DNA of 60,739 nucleotides, the filler included, from Bipalium vagum (Eukaryota), in NCBI GenBank assembly GCA_037834085.1. It is 3 parts of 3 records of this genome, joined end to end, with 100 filler letters (N's around TTAATTAATTAA, not from the genome) between each part and the next. Parts side by side here need not be neighbours in the genome. Positions count along the whole stretch, not along the records: positions 41,998 to 60,739 come from JBBMKC010020553.1; 2 more parts are not named here. One strand, written 5' to 3'. Below, piece by piece: positions 54,541 to 60,739 of this stretch (its first letter is position 1; each line of letters starts with the position of its first letter). Under the pieces are notes generated by a model. That model saw only the letters and a list, made by a program, of their open reading frames with translations. It had not been told where the DNA came from and did no database searches. The translations under genes and the position numbers were made by a program.

Positions 54541-55891
54541 TTTATTTGTATCACATTTTAAGTGTTTAAATCAAGTGTTTGGTTTTATTTTGTTATCATA
54601 TGAACCCATTATCGTTTTTGTAATGGAAATATTTTTTGTAATCAATGATTATTTATATCTACATTTGACAGAACACCAAAAATTGTTATACAAATAAATC
54701 TTGTTTCTCAAAAATCTAAAACGCACAAAAATGAATTATAAATACTTTTATGTCGTTTGAAATTGATTATTAAAATCATGAAAACAAGGATTTCAATATT
54801 GACTAAAAATACATGTCTCGTCATAAATACATGCAGCACTATTGAACAATAATTGAGACTTAAAATGACCAATAAAAGTAAAGACTGCTATCTTCCAAAA
54901 TATTGCAACATCACTTTCATTAATTAATATATTAAACTATAATTATATTTTCATTAAAAAAAAACTTTATCGAATAATACAAGACATCCATCCTGTTTAT
55001 TATTATATATGATAGCAAAATGCCTTTTAATTTCATTATTTTATTATATTATCATTTTCATCATTAAAATCAAATTATATATTAATATAGTAACATTTTT
55101 AATAATTATAATAATTATTATTATAATAGAGAAGAACAAGCAACAATAAATGCCATCACTAAAGCCCATCCATCATCATGTTTGAAATTGTCACAGTAAA
55201 AATAAATAAATTTGAGAACCAAAATATCCACACATCGTTCGAATTGTGTGACTTTTACAATTAGTGATTCGTTTTCGTTGAAAATAAGATTGCAGATAAA
55301 ATAACAAACACTCAAACATCTTTTCCTTTAACAAACCACTCCTCACATCATCATCATCATTGGTAATTTATTATTACTATTATTTACTGGTCACAAAAAT
55401 ATCATCATTGATTTAAAAATAATAATAGTAATAGTAATAATAATAGTTATTATTTACACAGAAAATACTATATTATCAATTGTTGAATATGTATAAATAT
55501 GAGATTAGAAGAACAATGATGGCGAGATTATTTTTGACAAATCGAAAACCGACGACAGATATTTTTTACATCTTCTATTTACACACTTCACATATTTGAC
55601 ATATTTTTGCAACTGAATGAATTTGGTTTGGATCACGCTTTTGCTTTATTATTAAAACGATTCGAGATATTTTATTGCATAGAATTTCACGTTCAGAAAA
55701 CTCGTTTTCTCGAAGCGCACTAGCAGCAAAGAGGGAAATAAAGAGAGATTAAGAGAGAGAGAGGGGTGGAGAAAGAGCAAAATGGACCAATTTATCAAAC
55801 TGATAATGATGATAAATCTCCACCACTTTCTGAATTTGACATATACAAATATGTATTATTTCCTCTCCGAAGAACCTCCAAATTTTCTCAA

Positions 55892-56406
55892 TCAATGATA
55901 ACCACTGTATCTGGATACGGCATATTCACTGAGTATACCGGCGGCGTTATTATTCGACTGCTGCTGCGTTTGCTGCTGTTGGGCCTGCAATAGTCTTTGG
56001 TTGTACAGCAACTGCTGCTGGTGCAAATCGAAAGGATTGTTGTTGATGGCATTCGGAGGTAACTGTTGATAAAGGGAAGCCATTGATGCTGGTGTGATTG
56101 AGGAGGCACCTAAATTGATGCTGTTATTGGCATTGTTGACGACGTTACTGGTGTTGTTGTTTGAGGTTAAGGCAATGTTACTATTGTTATTATTGCTGAT
56201 GGCGGAGTTATTTGTGTTGTTGCTATTGTTATTGTTGTTCAGTGATGTCGGATTGGAAACAGTGTTTTTTGAGCTGTGATACCTTGAATTGGTGACAGTT
56301 GATCCTGGTCCGTTAAGGTTTGTCGATACGGGATTGGTTGACATTAACTGGGTAGCACCAGTACTGTTGGTTGAACCAGTTGGAGATGCAAAAGCGTGCA
56401 TCATAC
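55892..56406 (-). CDS. Terminal exon of an unidentified gene; N/Q/S-rich low-complexity C-terminus
   Basis: ctatag acceptor at 56407, 170-aa open frame with poly-N and poly-Q tracts, GC-richer than its flanks. Upstream exons were not identified. Confidence 0.7.
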
Positions 56407-59400
56407 CTATAGATTTTAATTGATGAAAAAAATAAATCGAGCACAGAAATAGAATTTAATACACTAACGATGCAATATTCCAATAAGTTAATTAAACATT
56501 TAAAAAACAGTCATAAATGAGATAAACATAATAAGATTGTGAACATTTTTTGATAATCAAATAATCAGATAAACAACTGACTTAAAAACTTGAAAATCAT
56601 TCAACTTAAAATTTTTTTCAAAATTAGAAATAGTTTCATAAAATTGTTTATTTTTATTATTATTATTATCAATAGTTATAGAAATAGAAAATCAATATCT
56701 ATAATAAAATCAATATTTTTAGGCCTTTCTCAGAACTAGAAATTTTGGAGAAAACTTTTAAAATAATAAAATTCCCCATAAAAACGTCTTTGTTAATGAA
56801 ATTTAATAAAAAGAAACCTGTAAAAAGTGCAAAATTTTATTTGACCAGTAAAAAAAATTTTACTTTTGATGTGAACGGCGAAAAAATGTCAAAATGTATT
56901 TCACAATATTTTCCAAAATATTTCAACGGTTTTTGACAAATTAATTTCACATGGAAAAAATTGAAAGAAGCAAATATATTTTTCAAGAAACAGAACATGT
57001 TAATAGGATCATCCAGAAAAAGACGTTTTTAATCAAAAATATATTTTTAAATAATAATAATCAGTGGAAGATTAAAACTGATCCTAAATCAATCTTTTTC
57101 AAGGTTAAGTCTAGTTAAGAGTTCAAAAGGTATCGAAAAATGATAAGGATTTAATAATTAAAATATTTTCTGAGGAAAAAAGTAAATACAAAATTGTTTT
57201 AATAGATCCACGAGGAATACAGAATTCCGGGAAAATAAATTTTTGATCATATAGCTAATCGATTTTTTAAAGTCAAACCTAGTGTTTTCTTTCAATTAAA
57301 ATTATTATTACAAAGAAAACATATATCAGGGTAGTATGTCAAAAATAAAAGTTTAAAAACGGAAAAGCACTGGTTTCATAAACATCATAATTTATTGCCC
57401 TGAATTTATTACCCCTTCAATAAAAATGTGTCTGATGTTTTTAATTGAGATTTTAATGATCAGGAGATAGATAAAATGTACTAAATTCCACTTTGCAATG
57501 AAAAGTATAATAAAATATTTATATTTTCTAAACGAAATGAATGGTGATGATCAAAGTAATTAAACTTTACACATAATACCAATTGATTGCGTGAAGTAAA
57601 ACCTTAAGAAATTTTTGCCAATTCCAAAGTTGAGAAATAATTATTTTATTATAAATTTTAAAATATTTATTAACAGAGATAAAATTATGTTAGATCACGT
57701 TTGGATTTTGAAATTATTTCACTAGTAAAATTCAATACATAAGACAAAAAGATAGAAAATTAAATAAAGGAAATCAGACTTAAAATTAATATATATTATT
57801 GAATGGCAAAATTTATAATTTTTATATTAAATTGATAATATATTTATCAATTAAAGTAGTTAAATTTTTTTATTTAAATCAATAAATTTTCATAAAAATT
57901 TTTCGTATTCTGAACAATTACATTAAAACAGAAGACTAAATTTTAAAATTTGTATAATATCAAATAAGAAAATTTTAATTGTAAATAAATCATTAATTTT
58001 TCAATTACAATATTAATCGAATTTTTTCTATAACAAGCACACTGGAGGAAGATACTAAATATAATTTAAATTGATTATGACATTCTATAAAGATTGAATT
58101 TCATGTGTTTTTATTTTTTTTTAAGATTATACTAATTATTAATTATAACCTCAATCAACTAAATGTTGGATAATTAAAATTAACCTATTTAATAATTAAT
58201 GAATGAGAAAGTTAAGAGAAAATGTTTTGAAAGACAAATTAGAATAAATACGATGCCAATTACCATCATTAATATTTATGTTTAAATTAAATTTCCACTT
58301 TTGAAATTACTACAAATGAAAACAATTTTAAATATTTTTCTTCCAGACTCAGATATAATTTAGCGAAAATAATGTTTTCCTGTTATGCGTTCTTTCGGTT
58401 TATGTCTGTAATTATAATTATAACTAATTAAATAAAAAGTTTAAAGGACAACTGGTTTCAAATACGGAGCATTTTGAAACAGAAAATAATTGTATCCTTA
58501 CTTATAATATATATTTAAAAGAGGTCATAAGCCATTGATCATGTATTATATGATATTACAATTTAATGGTGATCTTCCTTAAATATCAGAATGTTACTTA
58601 TGTTATTGTATGAATATTAATTATTAAATATTTAAATAATTTTTTCGAATATTTTAAAATAGCACCATTGCTCACATTTTAAAATTTGTTCGGAATTAAT
58701 TAAATCTCGACTTTTTAAATAAACAAATAATTGCTAAATGTGCACCTTGGACACAACAGAGTCATTAATTTTCGTTTATTTGTTTGAGAAATGAAACGGG
58801 CGGCAAGATTGTACTCTAGAATTATAAAACTCTGTGCTCGAAAAGGACATGAAATCGAACTAATAGTGACGAAAATAAATTTGGTCTTACTTAGACATTG
58901 GAAATGGATGAAGATTTACTTAACAACTCCGTAAGTATCAAAATCAAAATTATTTGAAAAACCAATGCGTAAAATGATAAAACATGAAAGTATTACTTGG
59001 AGGTTTTTGATGAAAATTAAACTAATTGTGTTCTATCTTTCAACATCAATTGTCACAAATATATCCAAAAATAATGTTTCAATTATTTTAATAAAATCAC
59101 TTATTTAAATAACAATATATTATTAAATGTCTTTATTAAAAAGTTATTAATTAACTTGAACTGTTTCCGAAAATATTTTATTCTCTATAATCATATTTTT
59201 TAATCTCTTTATTCAACAAATTTATCATTTTTTCATCAGATACTTTCGTATTATTTTCCCTTGAATATAATATATTAATTGATTTTACATAATTTTCCTA
59301 AAAAATGAAAATAAAAAATTAAATCAATTTTTCACAGTTAATATACAATTTCTAGTCATACTTTTGAAAATTAAATAAAAATATATCAAAATTGGTCGGT

Positions 59401-60739
59401 AGTTGTGTTTTGCATTACTATTAATTTTACCAATTACAATAAATAATCAATAGGTTTGATATCAATATGATAATAGTTTCATACTCGGACAGACTGCAGG
59501 AGTTGAATAATTGTAAAATAAATAGTTAAGTTTTTTAGAAGAAATTTTCAAGAAAATTAATAGATCCTACATATTGTGATTGGCGTGAAAAAATTGAATT
59601 TATTCCAATTCAAAAACTTGAAAATAATAAATATACTATTTGATTTCATTATTTCAAGAAAAGTAAACTTTAAAATAAAGAACTTTCCAATATCGTACGC
59701 GAAATTGGAAAACAAAAATTAAATATAGGTTTATCAGTGATCTCCATAAATCCTAAAACCAAAAATTTAATTTGACAGGCATAAATAATTTGAAAAACAT
59801 GATCATATTTTATCAATTCATTAAAAATATATAAATCGATTTGTAGTCTCAGATAGAAATAACAATATAAAAATCAATAGATTTTTCGAATTTATAATCA
59901 ACAAATGCAACTACTGCCACATATTAACCTAGCTACCCAATCCCTATCTTCTCCCTCTCTCGTCCTTTCCCTCTACAAAGTCGTACTTTTTAAATTTGCG
60001 AGATGAAATCCGATCAACAAATCGAAAAAACACTTCCCAAAATAGAAAATAATCCGAAAAATATTTTCTCTTAATTTGCTTTAGACATTTGTCCGCTTAT
60101 TTTACAAAAAGTCATGCCAATTCAAAGAATACCAATAGAGATTCACCGTTTTGTAATGAGGATATTTTTTCCTCGGTGTTTGAAACAATTTGACAATGGT
60201 AACAAGAGAAATGAAATAATAAAATAATTCATCATGAATTTTGAGTGAATGGAAAAAATCAATTGATTAACAGAAATGAACCTAAACGGAGAAAAAAGAA
60301 ATAATTCAATTTTTGAAAGCCTACTACTACCACTACTATACTCTGCAATCAATAACGACGACGACAACGACAACGACAACGATGATGATGATGGTGATGA
60401 TGAAATTAATTACACTTTAATTCGTTTCATTTAAAAATTATAAATCTTTAATCTAGAATTTGCATTTTACATTTTCCTATCATCTTCATCTCCTTATATA
60501 TATAATAGAAATTTCAATTTAAAACTATTTAATGCCTATTTCATATATTTTATGAGCTGCAAAAATGAGATCTAAATAATTAAATCAAATGCATAATGAT
60601 ATATTTTTCATTTTTTCTATTCACCAACTATAAAAATTAGTCAGATTATTAAATTGATAAATATTCAGAAAATTCGATAAAAAAACTTTTAATTTGATTT
60701 CCATATTTATTTAAAATATTTATATTTTAATAAAACTGG

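Overview
AT-rich eukaryotic DNA, probably from an animal with short introns (mostly 30-56 nt); the taxon cannot be determined from the sequence. Two artificial 100-nt linkers (44 N + TTAATTAATTAA + 44 N, at 20543-20642 and 41898-41997) join three segments that may not be adjacent. Segment 1 (1-20542) is mostly decayed mobile DNA: a Polinton/Maverick major-capsid remnant, RLE-type (NeSL/R2/Utopia-like) non-LTR fragments and LTR remnants. It also holds three intron-containing SNU13 (15.5K, L7Ae family) pseudogene copies, two of them inside a ~0.9-kb inverted duplication, and three copies of a spliced gene for a small secreted Cys-rich peptide (one intact, 71 aa, C-C-CC-C-C). The most unusual element is a non-LTR retrotransposon ORF (12629-14530, minus) with a cold-shock domain N-terminal to its reverse transcriptase. 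Segment 2 has a two-domain F-type lectin gene, a complete six-exon Rab1 gene and several decayed Tc1/mariner-superfamily transposons (maT/DD37D, Tc1, mariner, DD37E, pogo-like MITEs). Segment 3 has a divergent PXA/Nexin_C sorting-nexin gene (+) converging on the N/Q-rich last exon of an unidentified gene (-). All calls come from manual translation and motif recognition; no database searches or folding programs were run.
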